NCBI GenBank assembly: GCA_028023455.1
Contig: JAQFVV010000008.1
Location: 5,952,001 to 6,016,000 of the forward strand
Length of the DNA: 64,000 bases
Reading direction: 5' to 3'
Source of the DNA: Epiperipatus broadwayi
Taxonomy: Eukaryota > Animalia > Onychophora
Shown here: positions 13,929 to 25,961 of the stretch, one piece after another
Layout: each line of letters opens with the position of its first letter
How positions within the stretch are numbered: position 1 is the stretch's first letter
The notes under the pieces: generated by a model
Told to the model about the DNA's origin: nothing
The model's database searches: none
The model's input: the letters and a program-made list of their open reading frames with translations, nothing else
Translations under genes and position numbers: made by a program

Positions 13929-15968
13929 GTAAGTATAGTAAAACTAGTTAAAACTAATTAATGTTAAGTTATTTAAATTAAATATAGATGTTCTGATTTT
14001 GGGTGTACTTGGAAGTCTTAATTTATTATATTAGTTGCCCTGCTTAATTTGGAATTAATGATAGAATTATGAATTATAGTGCTGATTCATGGTTCACAAC
14101 TAGTGCTTGAACATCATATGAATTTCCAAGCAATAAACTCTTTAATTATTTTTTTATTAAGTGGAAATTTTGTCTATTTGATTTCCATGAAAAGTATTGA
14201 ATCAAAAAGACATTGACAAAAAAATGTTTTATATCACCAGTTCTTAAAACTATAGACAATAGAGAAATGATAAAATTGTTGATAAAAAAAAAGACAATTC
14301 TTTAGTTTTTGAAGTATAGATTTTATTAATCATTTATATATTTCTGCAATTTTATATCCGAAAAGATAAAATAATTGTATAATGTAACTAAATTAGATAG
14401 GAAAAATTTGAAATCATGCTGATTTGATGAAGATCTCTTATTTAAGAATCATCTTTGCTTCCACAAGAAATGCCTAGGGCTAAAATAAAGATCACAGATA
14501 CCACTTAGTAAGTAGAACAATTTTTGTGTAAATTCCACATGTAAGTTCAAAAGAAAAGAAAATATAAGCACAAACAAAGAATATTTATCAAACATTTAAC
14601 TGATGATAATGATTCCAGCAGATAGTACTGCAGAGATATAAAAGATAATATGATCTGATCTTTTTAACATCCTATATAAAAATAGATTAAAATGATTTTA
14701 AAAAAGAGTATAAAATTGAAAAAAAATGATCCAGTGAACATTGTATAAGATAATTGAGAAGATAAAAGAGAAGAAAAAATAATAATAAGGAAATATATAT
14801 AAAAACACTCTATATACAAATTATTTTTTAATGTAGTAGATCATTGTCAGTGTATGTATTCTTATAGTTATCTTTGAAGTCTTCTTTCATTAAACTTAGT
14901 CTAACAATTTTGAGAAGCTGATATGTTAAAAAAAAATTGTATGTGTTTTTAAGAAACATTATTTTTTTCTACTTTTGAAAAATATATGTGACCATTAAAT
15001 ATGTTTAATATTGTTTAGTTACTTCATAGTAAATTTTAAAATAATTCATAGCATGTTTTAACTAATTATTAATTGATAGCTAATATCTTCAATAGTTTTA
15101 CTTTATTTGTGTCAAATTGTTTTAATTTGAAAACTGATTTTAACAGTACCCATTTTATTATTTATATATTGCAACTAATATAAATTATTGTGAACATTGT
15201 TATAACTTCTTTAGAGAGGGGAAAAAATAATATCAACAAATATCATATATATATATGAAATAGACCCAGTGCATATCACTAACTGAAAATTCAAATATAA
15301 AATGTCAATACTATGCTTTTCCAGAAGTAATACCTTATAAATAAATATAGTCTAAATTTCAAACAGCCCTATCAAAAAGTGGCATTGCTGAAAAAACATA
15401 GCATTTGGGAGGATAATAGACATTATATATATATTTATTTTAAAAAAAACTGAAATAAACTCTGTAATATTCAAAATATCAATAAATAAAAATAAACAAT
15501 AGTTATAGATAGATTATAGCATATCTACCATCCTGAGTAATAAGTTTGCTATATCTATTATATATTTTTATATATTGGTATTTTGAATTTTGTAGAATTA
15601 ATTCTGAAGTATATTATTTTATCTGATCTTATATATATATATAAGAAAATATACTCTCCATAAGTATGTGGACATTTAATGATTATTAGTGCTAATATAG
15701 TAAACATGCTTAACAAAGCTTTGATGCAAAATATCTTTGTCTAATTCTAATTAAGTACCAATTGTAATAATTATTAAGTGTTCAAACACTTACATGGAAT
15801 ATAATTTTACATTTGACTGTAGTTCAAGTATTATTATATATATAATCACTATAATACAATTGAAAATAATTATTAGACCACGTGATTTTTTTAACATAAG
15901 AATAGCGTGGTAAAATCCTGCAAATGTTAACACTCAAATTGTTATTTATTAGCTTACAAATTTAAATA

Positions 15969-17100
15969 TATAAATAAATCTGACAAATCAATTGTTGTAC
16001 TTCCAGCTGATAAAGGTAATACCACTGTTGTTATGGATCATGACATTTACCATAATAAAATTTTGAATCTGCTTAATGATAAAACTTATAAACTAGCAAA
16101 AAGAGATCATACTATGTATTTGGAAAAAACAACAAAAGCCATTATTAATAAATTGCCTATTGAAACAGAGATAAAAAATAAAATAATCCCTCATAAAAAA
16201 TCAGGTGTCTGTCCAAAATTTTATGGATTTCCAAAAAATCACAAACCAGATACCCCCCTTCATCCAATAGTAAGTGCAATAGAATCTCCAACTCATATTT
16301 TAGCTAGATATTTATCAGATTTCATTAAACCTACAATCCCATCTATTAATAGTGTTTTGTTAGCAAATAGTTATAATTATAAATTTATAAAAAAAAAAGC
16401 CTTATTTCAAACCCAAAATGGACAAAATAGGAAACAAAAAGATGATAAATCAGCTATTAGGATTTGTGTTCTATATGTAAAAGGAACTACAGACAGTATT
16501 GGACATATATTAAAACCTTATCATATAGATACAGCATTTTCTACTCATCAAAAGATCAGCAATATAATAACCAAGTCTAAGAATTCAATCCCTCTTGAAT
16601 CTCATGGTGTTTATCAAATCTCATGTGAAAATTGTAAATCTTTTTACATAAGTATGAGTAATCATCGCATCAGTGTTAGGAGAAATGAGCATGCTAATGC
16701 AGTTAAACAACACTCATCAGCAGCAGCACTCTCACTCTATACTATAGATTCAGGTCATAAAATTGATTTTTCTAGTACCAGGATCATATCCAGATGTGAT
16801 AATCTCTACCATTGCAAAATTAGAGAAGCCATTGAGATACTTAAAAGGCCAGATTGTATCAATAAGCAAGATGATACATGCAAACTTTCCCCTATTTGGA
16901 AAGATTTTTTAAAAAAACATTCTTAATTTAACGTTTTTGCTATTGGTGGAACTTTAACATTTTTTCAAATCAGTGATTGTAGCGCCTCTACAACCGTCTT
17001 TCTACCTTTTATTATCCAGCGGATGACTTGTGTGATCAAATTGAAACGTCAGTATATCAATATTTAAATTTTTTAACATGGATGAATCCAGAAAATATGT
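15969..17100 (+). mobile_element. Penelope-like element with internally deleted RT, GIY-YIG endonuclease and 3' repeat
   Basis: IVVLPADKGNTTVVMD lies in frame upstream of ORF 16033-16926. The ORF has KFYGFPKNHKPDTPLHPIVS (PLE RT N-terminus) and GVYQISCENCKSFYIS...RRNEH...KIREAIEI (GIY-YIG). RT core motifs are absent. Confidence 0.9.
17020..17050 (+). ncRNA. Degenerate minimal hammerhead-ribozyme-like motif in PLE 3' repeat
   Basis: CGGATGA-CTTG-TGTGAT-CAAA-TT-GAAA-CGTC is one mismatch from the CTGATGA core and has the palindromic AACGT(C) end. Stem I could not be resolved. Confidence 0.5.
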
Positions 17101-17419
17101 CTTTTATATATGTATATAAAAGGGATCTATTTTGTATATTAAATATAATAGCAAATGTAAGATATTAACAATTTGTGAAAATAAAATCAATAGTACTTCA
17201 AATATTTATAATAATACTATAATTTTGAGTTTATTTTCTAAGGTAGAGTCTTTCATAACTTGAAAAAGGCTAAATCATTAATTCCAAAAGTACTTCTGTG
17301 AACTGAAAGACTGTATATAAGAGTTAATTACCATTATATTTACTATTTTTATTGTTCTTACAATAGTTTTTTAATTAATGGACATTTTATTGGTATTATA
17401 TATATATATATGGGTAGTA

Positions 17420-17930
17420 TAGGCAACCTTCACACCAGTACTAGAAAAGTTAAACATGCTAATTCAGTAATGCAGTGCTCATCATTAGCATAGGTCAATC
17501 TATGTTATAGGTGCTGGTCATAATACAGATTTTTTCAAACACCAAAATCCTATCCAGATTGGATACTCTCCAGCAAAAAAAAAATTAGAAAAGCCATTGA
17601 GGTCTCTGAGAATTATATGACAAATGTGATAATACATATAAACTAGTTTTGATTTGGAAATTTTTTTTTAAATCTAACAAATTCCCAGCAGTTATTGATT
17701 TTTTTTTATCATTTTTATTTTCTATTATCATTTCACATCCACTTTTACATCATTTTTTTTTTTTTGTTGTTGTTTTCTATTTGGTTGAGCCTTTAATCTT
17801 ATTATATTTTAATATTTATAGCACCTCTATAATAGTTTTTATATGACATTCATTATCCAGGTGATGGCCCATGTGATCTAGTCAAAAAGTCAGTAAGATA
17901 ATACTATGAATTATACACAAATGAACCTCA
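17420..17930 (+). mobile_element. Second, older 3' fragment of the same Penelope-like family
   Basis: Aligns by eye to 16700-17090: GGTCATAA...GATTTTT...ATCCAGA...ATTAGA.AAGCCATTGAG, and AGC.CCTCTA.AA...ATTATCCAG..GATG...TGTGATC...AAA.GTCAGTA. Confidence 0.75.
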
Positions 17931-20899
17931 ATAATATCATTTATATATATATATAAAGAGATAAATCGAAGTTATTAAAAAGAGAGTAACAACAGTTGAT
18001 ATTTTTAAGATTCAAAATACTCTAGAAAATATAATAGTTCATTTTAAAATATTAGCAGAATTTGAAGAGGGCTCATACTTTAATGACATCAGTAACAAAA
18101 AAGTGTGTGGTAAAAATGTAAAAAGTTTTTTAAAATTATTATTATTGTTGTTGCTGTTATTATTGTTGTTAATGATAAAAAATGTAAAACTAAGTAACTC
18201 ACATAATAAGGGTAGCATCATTTGAAATAGCATTTGTTTTAAAGGAAAAGGTAAAACAGACTGATTGACATCTGAGAAAATAAGATAGTGATCAAGAATT
18301 AAAACCAGAACACACAAGGAAAATCAGCAAGAGATATAAATAGCATGTATAAAAAGTGTGAGGAGTTTTTTACCCTTTGCAAATTTGCTTGAATGTTCAT
18401 TTGGTATTGGAGATAGAATAGGGCTGGAATAGGCCATTGAAGTGCTGTCCAAGAAATAACAGGCAGTTTGTGTGCCGAGGGAAGAATTCCCAGTGACCGT
18501 GCCTCTGAAGATACTGTAATGGTCAGAAAGTATAGTTGCTTTAACCTGATCCAGAGACATAGGTAAAGGGGATTTAAACCTTACCTACCCCTCCAGATCC
18601 AAACAAAGTGACTCACTCCCATAACCTCACGAGTTAATTTTTCTAATGCAGACCAGTGGTCAGTTAGAGATAAAATTCTTATCAGGTTTACACATATACA
18701 ATAATGAATATCTACAACTTGGTTAATATTATAAAATATAGTTTATTGTTAGCATAAAATTGTTTATGTTTCATTTAATAGAAATTATTTACAAATAACA
18801 AGAAGGTACCCATATATATATATAAGATTCAATTGTACTTAGATTTGGAAATAAAAGAAAAAATTTTCATTATTAAATATAAGGATAACTTGGATTAGGA
18901 ATATAAGAGGTGTGAAATTGATCTATGGTGCGTGAACATGGTAAAGTTAACATGTTTAAATTAGCTAAACAAACTGGAGCCCGAATTGAACATAGCCCCA
19001 TTTATTACTAAAAATTGTATCTGTATCCAACAAATCTTGGTCATATATCAGTAGGCATCGTTATAAAACAAAGGGGAAGATTTAGTGGGGTACTCAATGA
19101 TTACATATATTTGAATGCATGGCTCTAACATATAGTAAAATTTTCATCATGCTGCCAATTTGATCAATGGATAGCTATTTTGCCTCTAATTGATTATTAG
19201 AGAAAGGAACCCATTCACCTAAGCATGACCTGGGCTCATATACTTAATGTCCATTTCTCCTCGCTGCCCCTTTAACAGGATTCATTATTCCAGGCAACTG
19301 ATATTCAATATGCACGAACTGACTGGATGAAATAATTCAAAAGAACAAACAATAAATGAATGTAGAGATGCTATATACTCACTAATTAACACAGTGTGAG
19401 AAATGCAGTCAACGACCATAAATATTTAAAGCCTGATATATATATAGATGTACGATCCTATATGTTACTACACTAAAAATCCATTATACAATAATACCCT
19501 CCTCACTCAAAGGCCTTAACTAAACTCATATGCAAGTATTATACAAACATTTATTCTTAGCATGAGTAATCAATCAAGAAGTGCCATTATTTAGCTAATT
19601 TATGCACATAGATTTAATAAACACTGAAGAGATAATTAGATAATGAAGATTACATGATACCCCTCTATTACAAATATAAAATGATAGACGCTTATATATA
19701 CTATGTCTCCCAATACGTATTTATTAAAAAAAAAAAAAACATTTATTTTGATCAAATCTACATATTTACAATAACAATTATGAGTATTAATTTAAAAAAA
19801 AAAAAAACATTTAGCTTGATTAAGTATATATAATAATTGTGAGGTACATTTCTAAAATATAAATCAGAGAATTAAATAGATGCTTATATATGATATGAAC
19901 GTCTTTCTTAATCTAATTATAAAATGAATATAAAGTTTAGTTAAACTAGATGGCAATGTAATCTCTTTCTCCTTTAAAAACATTTAATAAAAAAAAAATA
20001 ACTGCGGGAGAAAGTGGAGGGAATTCTTTCGAAAAATCAAAATAACTTCTACAAATTATTGAGAAATGACTTCTGCTCTTTTATTATAGCGGGTTGGGAA
20101 ATAAAATAAAAGTTTTAACTTATTTAAAATACCCTCAAGCTCCTCTCTTATATATATATATTCCACATTACCTGAAATAATAAATAAATTTAAAAAAACA
20201 GACATCTTGTTAATTTTATATGTATTAATCAGAATAAAAAAAAAAAAAAGACAAAATAAAAGTTACCGTAACTCAGACGCTTGTTTATATATGGATTAAG
20301 TTTTATACGGATGGTGAATTAAGAGTCCATTTAGAGGCCTCATGATGCAGTCATTATTTCTTGACAGCTGTTCCAGTCTTCATCATGGACGTCTGTGCTG
20401 GTGTTTCCATTCCAGTATGTCTTTCTTTCTGAGAGCAAAGGTAGGCAGTTATCAGGCATGACTCTTTGGTCTTCTGCTGTGCTACATTTCTAGGACTCCT
20501 GCCGAGGATGGACATAGGAGAGTGGAGATAAACTTTTCTACTCAAGCATGACTTGTACAGAGATTTCCAGACTTTAGAACAAGAAAATGATGATTGAACT
20601 ATCAACAAACAAGAATTTTAGTATTTATACCTTTTAACTTTTTTTTTCACATTAATTTTGCTGTCCACCAATGCTTCCATTGTTTAGAAGCTCTTAAAAG
20701 CATCACATGATTTTACACTATTGCTAAACAAACTATTTTATATTAAATTATTTTTCTTACTAGATCTTAAGCTAAATTTATCTATTTTGTGCATTAGCTA
20801 ATTTCTTTATGTGCTGATGCAATTAATGATATACCAATGTAAAATAGAAAAGAAAATCCCAGATCAATACATACAGAAATACAAATATTGGGAAATATA

Positions 20900-21610
20900 C
20901 AATCTGATACATAAAAATTAACAATAGAGACAATAACACAACACCAATAATAGGAATAATCAATAAAAAAATGATAAAAGAATATAAAAAATGGAAATTG
21001 GAACCAAAGTTTTTTGATTTTGTCCTGAAAATGAACCTGGATGCATTACTAATTTTCTATTCCACAGAAGGATATACATATCTAGTATCCTTTCTGTGGA
21101 TTATGTCATGAAACAGAAGAAACATGGAAGCATATAATGGACCACTGTATAGGACTAAATCAAATAAGAGACATAATATGTAGCATATACAGGAAAAACA
21201 ATACCAGGATTGAACAATTAATGGAAGCTTATAAAGCCAAATCAATACCCACCATCAGAGCAGCAACATTTCTACTGCATATTCTGTGATGCATCAGGTG
21301 CAAATTTCTAATTGGGAAAACATTAGATGACACCCTTCAACATTTCAAAACAAGCTAATGCAGATACAAAATAGGGACAAATTGATCACACACCCAGACA
21401 TATATGCAGCCACTTAGTCCCTGATCAAGCAAAGATCAAGGCTATAATGAAGCTTCAGATGGCAGGAATTATGAACAAAAACTATTCATTTGATTGTAAC
21501 TACAAAATCAACTCATGTACAATCTGTAAATCTATTTTGTCAGTGTATTTTTTCTGGTGATACCATATGTAATCTACTTATTGTGCAATAAAGTATATTG
21601 TTGAAATATA
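20900..21610 (+). mobile_element. 3' fragment of an L1/Tx1-type LINE related to the 25.8-31.9 kb element
   Basis: KKWKLEPKFFDFVLKMNLDAL matches KNWFVEPKYIDFILKLNISSL of the intact element. Zinc finger PFCGLCHETEETWKHIMDHC. AATAAA near 21589. Confidence 0.8.
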
Positions 21611-21799
21611 ATTTATTTTATATTTAAATTTCCTTTATAATTTACCATTTATTTTAATATTATATACACACATATATTATTAATCATTTATTTTAATATC
21701 CATTCACTGTTGTTGACTTTATGGTCTGTGGTTAAGTAAACAGTAAATAGTGAAGCACGCATATATATGACTATATATGTACAGCTTCAGTACCAACAG

Positions 21800-22475
21800 C
21801 CGGTTAGGGACTAAAGCAGATCATACAGATATTATTTGATTTTTATCCTTAATGGGCTCTATAGGAGAAACACAAAATGAACTATGAGTATATTTATGTA
21901 TTAGACAGTAGAACAACAGTTTATAAAATGGATCATGAGTCAAGAAATAGAATTTTTTTTTTTTTTTACTTAAGTATTAAACAGAAAAATTAGTTGTGTC
22001 TGCTGTGGCAAAGCTGGCATATAAGGAAAGACTGTAAATTTAGAAATGAATTGTTGCCATATCTGCAAGCTGAAAGGCCACCTAGCAAAAACATGTAGGG
22101 AATCAAAAGAAAGATATAGTCAAGAAAGTCAAACTAGCTAAGTCACAATCGATAGCATTTATAATATTAACATAACAACAAGGGGTCAGGGCAAGTTTAT
22201 GTTGCAATTTGACAAGTCTTTAATAAAAAAGTAGACATGGAAATAGACAGAGAGTCAGGAATCTCAATAACCTCAGAGAAACTATGGAAATAGATAACAG
22301 GACATCAGGCTGACATGGCAATACATAAGACATTGATCAGGGCTATAGGTGCAAGTGGCAACATAGAAATAATAGGCTCCAAAGTAGTACTGATGAAATA
22401 CTGCAATAAAATGATGAATTTACTTATATACATAGTACAGAGAAATATTGATCCACTAATAGGGCATGACTAGTT
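21800..22475 (+). mobile_element. Gypsy-like LTR retrotransposon gag-protease remnant
   Basis: Two CX2CX4HX4C knuckles: ~21996-22036 (frameshifted CVCCGKAG-HIRKDC) and ~22057-22098 (CHICKLKGHLAKTC). A protease C-terminal-like PLIGHD lies near 22455. Confidence 0.55.
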
Positions 22476-23049
22476 TAAGTATATAGGGATAATAAGCATT
22501 AATGTGAAAGATAGGGCAAATTTGAAATTTCTATATAATGACAGATGATTGAATATAATTTTTAGGCAAAATTTTTCCTTAAAAAAAGAACTAAATTTTG
22601 AAAAATTATTCTTATGAAATATTGTTTTGTCAGGTTTTTCTCTTTTTTTAATCTTACATAAGCTATAATCAAATGCAATAGTTCTTGTGTGACCATTGCA
22701 TTTGAATCCAAGCCTTCCCAACACCTGAAACCATGAGTAATAGCAAATTCCAAATAATATATATGTTTATGGCATACATGTTAGAATTTAATTTTAAAAC
22801 AAGCATTAAGAGATCAACAAAAATAATAAATAAAATAATATTATTAAAAAAGTAGTGCAATAATAAACTGAGATAGAGTAAGAACCTGAATGCACCAATT
22901 ACCTACTGATTCCATAAACTGAGGAAATAGCTGAAAGATAATTCATGTAATTCTTATAAAGATGGGCATATACATAAAATTTAAAAATTCAATTTTATAA
23001 ATTTCTTTATTATTTTTTTTTTTTCAGATATAAGTTATTAGAATGTGGA

Positions 23050-23810
23050 TAATAGTGATATTAGCAATTAAGCCAACACCCATGTGCTTTAAAGATAAAT
23101 TATAAATGAATACTCTCACTTTTCCAGACAGAAGATATAGTTTTTTAAAAAAAAAATGGAATGAATCCACCCATCCTTTTGACCCAAACATTTATGTATG
23201 GGTAAATCTTAAGTGTATGGAAATGAGAGTGTGAAGATGTTAAGCAATCACTTTAAATTACATTTATTATACTTGAACGAATGACACTTGCAAAATCTTT
23301 ACAATTTACAATATGTCATTCTTTAGTTGAAATTAAACATATATAATGAGATATTATTTTATAATTTATTATAATATATTATTTATAATTTATCTTTAAA
23401 GTGCATATGCATTGGCTTAACCACTAATATCACTATTACAATATAAAAATATAGCGCTATGTAAAATAATCTCATTATATATGTTTAATTTCAACTAAAG
23501 AATGACTTATCATAAATTGTAAAGATTTTACATGTGTCATTCATTCAAGAATAATAAATGTAATTTAAAGTGATTGCTTAACATCTTCATGCTCTCATTT
23601 CCATGCGTTTAAAATTTGCCTATGCATAAATGTTTGGGTTGAAAGGATGAGTAGATTCATTCTATCTTTTCTAAAAAATTATATCTTATGTCTGGAAAAG
23701 TGAGAGTATTCATTTATAATTTATCTTTAAAGCGCATGTGCATTGGCTTAATGGCTAATATCACTATTACAGTACAAAAACATAGCGCTACATAAAATAT
23801 CTCATTATAA
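23050..23810. repeat. Large inverted repeat (~305-bp arms) with extra partial copies
   Basis: ~23050-23355 is the imperfect reverse complement of ~23469-23768. Spacer 23383-23468 is a direct partial copy of 23713-23797. Confidence 0.85.
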
Positions 23811-23927
23811 ATTGTGGATAGAAAGTTGATGGATGTGAATGGCCTTCTATAATTCAAATATTTGTATATTTAAATTACTTTTCAGTGAATGAGAGATATA
23901 TGTATTTTTTTTTTTTTTTACATATAG

Positions 23928-24122
23928 AATCAAGCAGACATAGAATGGAAGTTTGCTCGTTCTAAGTTATGGGTTAGTTGTTTTGAGGAAGGTGGAACGC
24001 TTCCACCACCTTTCAACATTATTCCCAGTCCAAAGACATTCTTCTATTTATTAAAATGGTTTTATAATAAATTATGTTCATGTTCTAAAAAACAGAAGCG
24101 CACACGATGGAAAAGTTTAAAG
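23928..24122 (+). CDS. TRPC: TRPC-family channel exon: TRP box and TRP domain
   Basis: Poly-T tract with TAG acceptor at 23926-27; donor GT at 24123. Encodes [65 protein letters not shown] (EWKFAR box, LPPPFNIIP). 195 nt, phase 0-0. Confidence 0.97.
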
Positions 24123-25787
24123 GTAAAATCTTTATTTATTAAGTAAAGTATTAATTACATTTTTTTATTATTAAAAAATACGATTGTATATTTATTTTAA
24201 ATGACAGCTATGTTCTGGGCAAGAATATATATGTGTTTTTTGTTTTTTCATGATAAAAGCAATACGCTTTAATTTAAATGTAAGTCATAAAAATGTTCCA
24301 GAGTTGTTTTTTTTTGTTTTATATTGTAAAATATGAATTATATTAAATTATATTTCAAAGAAATTAATAAATATATAAAAAAGAGTTATATTTTTAGGTT
24401 GAATCCTAACTTTTTATATTCAAAATAAAATTATTCTGTTCAAGAATAAATAGTTATATTTGATTATAGAATGTAGTAATGTCTATATTTAAAAAATATA
24501 TATAATAATTTTGTAAATGTTTAAATAGATCATAAACCAGTACTGCAATGGCAATAATAATCCATTTTCCAATCCTATTTTAGAGCCATTTGTGTAAATA
24601 TAAGTAATCACTGGATACCTATCAAACAGATTTCCATTCTAATTTTTGGCTTTGAGAAGCACTGGATTGTTAATATCCAATCAACAAACTTTACTTTCTT
24701 ATTCTAATCAAATCAACTTTATCTTTTGTTTGGCTTGTTGCTAAAAAAGTCAAATGATGTTCAAATATCAAAAACAAGTTGTTAATTATAAAAAATATTT
24801 ACTAAAAAAGGTCAATATCTGGAAATTAGTCTAGAGATCTATTTGGCATTACTATATATATATATATATATTACTTTTTTGCCACATATACTCTAATCAC
24901 ATAAATAAAGACACCTACAAAAGACAAATGACTTACAAGATTTATTTCATGCTGAACTAATTCTCATTTGTCCCAGAATTCTTTGCATATCTTTATTATC
25001 CTTGTTCAGTATTTATAAATATCAAATTATCACAATTTATTGTAAAGGTGCCAAAAATGAAAGTTATAAATATGTTACTACACATAGAAAAAAAAGGGTT
25101 GGAATTATATTACTTATTCTATATAGTTATAATAGCTATATTGATCCATCTGGGCCAAAAATGATAGGATAATTTCTAGCCTAAAAAATGATTAATCTGA
25201 ATCATTAAAGTATTTATCTGAAAAGGAGTGATATCATAGTTATATATGCAATAATTCTAGTACAATCACAATAAATTATAATAATTTCACTACTTTATAA
25301 TATCCTTTGATTTCTTATGCTTATATATGTGATTTTAGAATAGGATAATGTAAAATTAACTACTTCTAGTGAACATTTTGAAAGTAAATTAGGAGAAATC
25401 TTATGATTCCTTGCTATAAACAGTTCTCTATTTAAATTTTCATTATTTTTACAGCTAACTTTTAAATTGTTATTGTAAGAACAATGTCAGTACTGTAAGA
25501 AAAATGCCATTCTGAAAATTTATAGATAAATTCTAAGTGTCATATTGCCTTATGGATTTTAATGCAATGATTGAGTAATAGATAAATGAGCTAAAGGTTC
25601 CTGTATTAAAATTCAAGTTAATACTTTCTGGTCTTCAAGCATCATATGACCTCCAAAGTAATTAACTATTCAATTATTTTTAGTATTATGTTGACAAAAA
25701 GTAAGAGCTGTGTTTATAAGAAAAATGTTAACTTATTACATTTTCCTCAAGATGTTCTTTTTTTCCATCTCATTACTTATCCCTCTT

Positions 25788-25802
25788 AATATACTTTCAC
25801 AA
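25788..25802 (+). repeat. Left target-site duplication AATATACTTTCACAA
   Basis: Identical 15-mer at 31892-31906. Confidence 0.9.
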
Positions 25803-25809
25803 GAAGTAT

Positions 25810-25824
25810 CCACTAGATGGCGCC
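25810..25824 (+). promoter_or_regulatory. CTCF-like motif at the LINE 5' end
   Basis: CCACTAGATGGCGCC matches the CTCF core consensus CCASYAGRKGGCRS without mismatch. Binding is untested. Confidence 0.45.
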
Positions 25825-25961
25825 AATCTGCTTTCATTTCTTCACATCTACTCATTTTAAAAAGTTTATTAAAAATATTAAATCAAAAAAGTCTTTCAAT
25901 CCAAGCTGCTCATCAGAGCAGGTAAGCTTTATTTTTGTGTTATAATATATTATTTACAAAA

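Noticed and set aside
18330-20610. GC-richer patches at 18.3-18.7, 19.0-19.6 and 20.3-20.6 kb
   Set aside because: Probably old retroelement debris, but no motif was clear enough to classify.
25710-25961. ORF 25710-25925 and the non-ATG extension of ORF1 from 25935
   Set aside because: The first spans the TSD boundary and has no motif; ORF1 more plausibly starts at ATG 25962.
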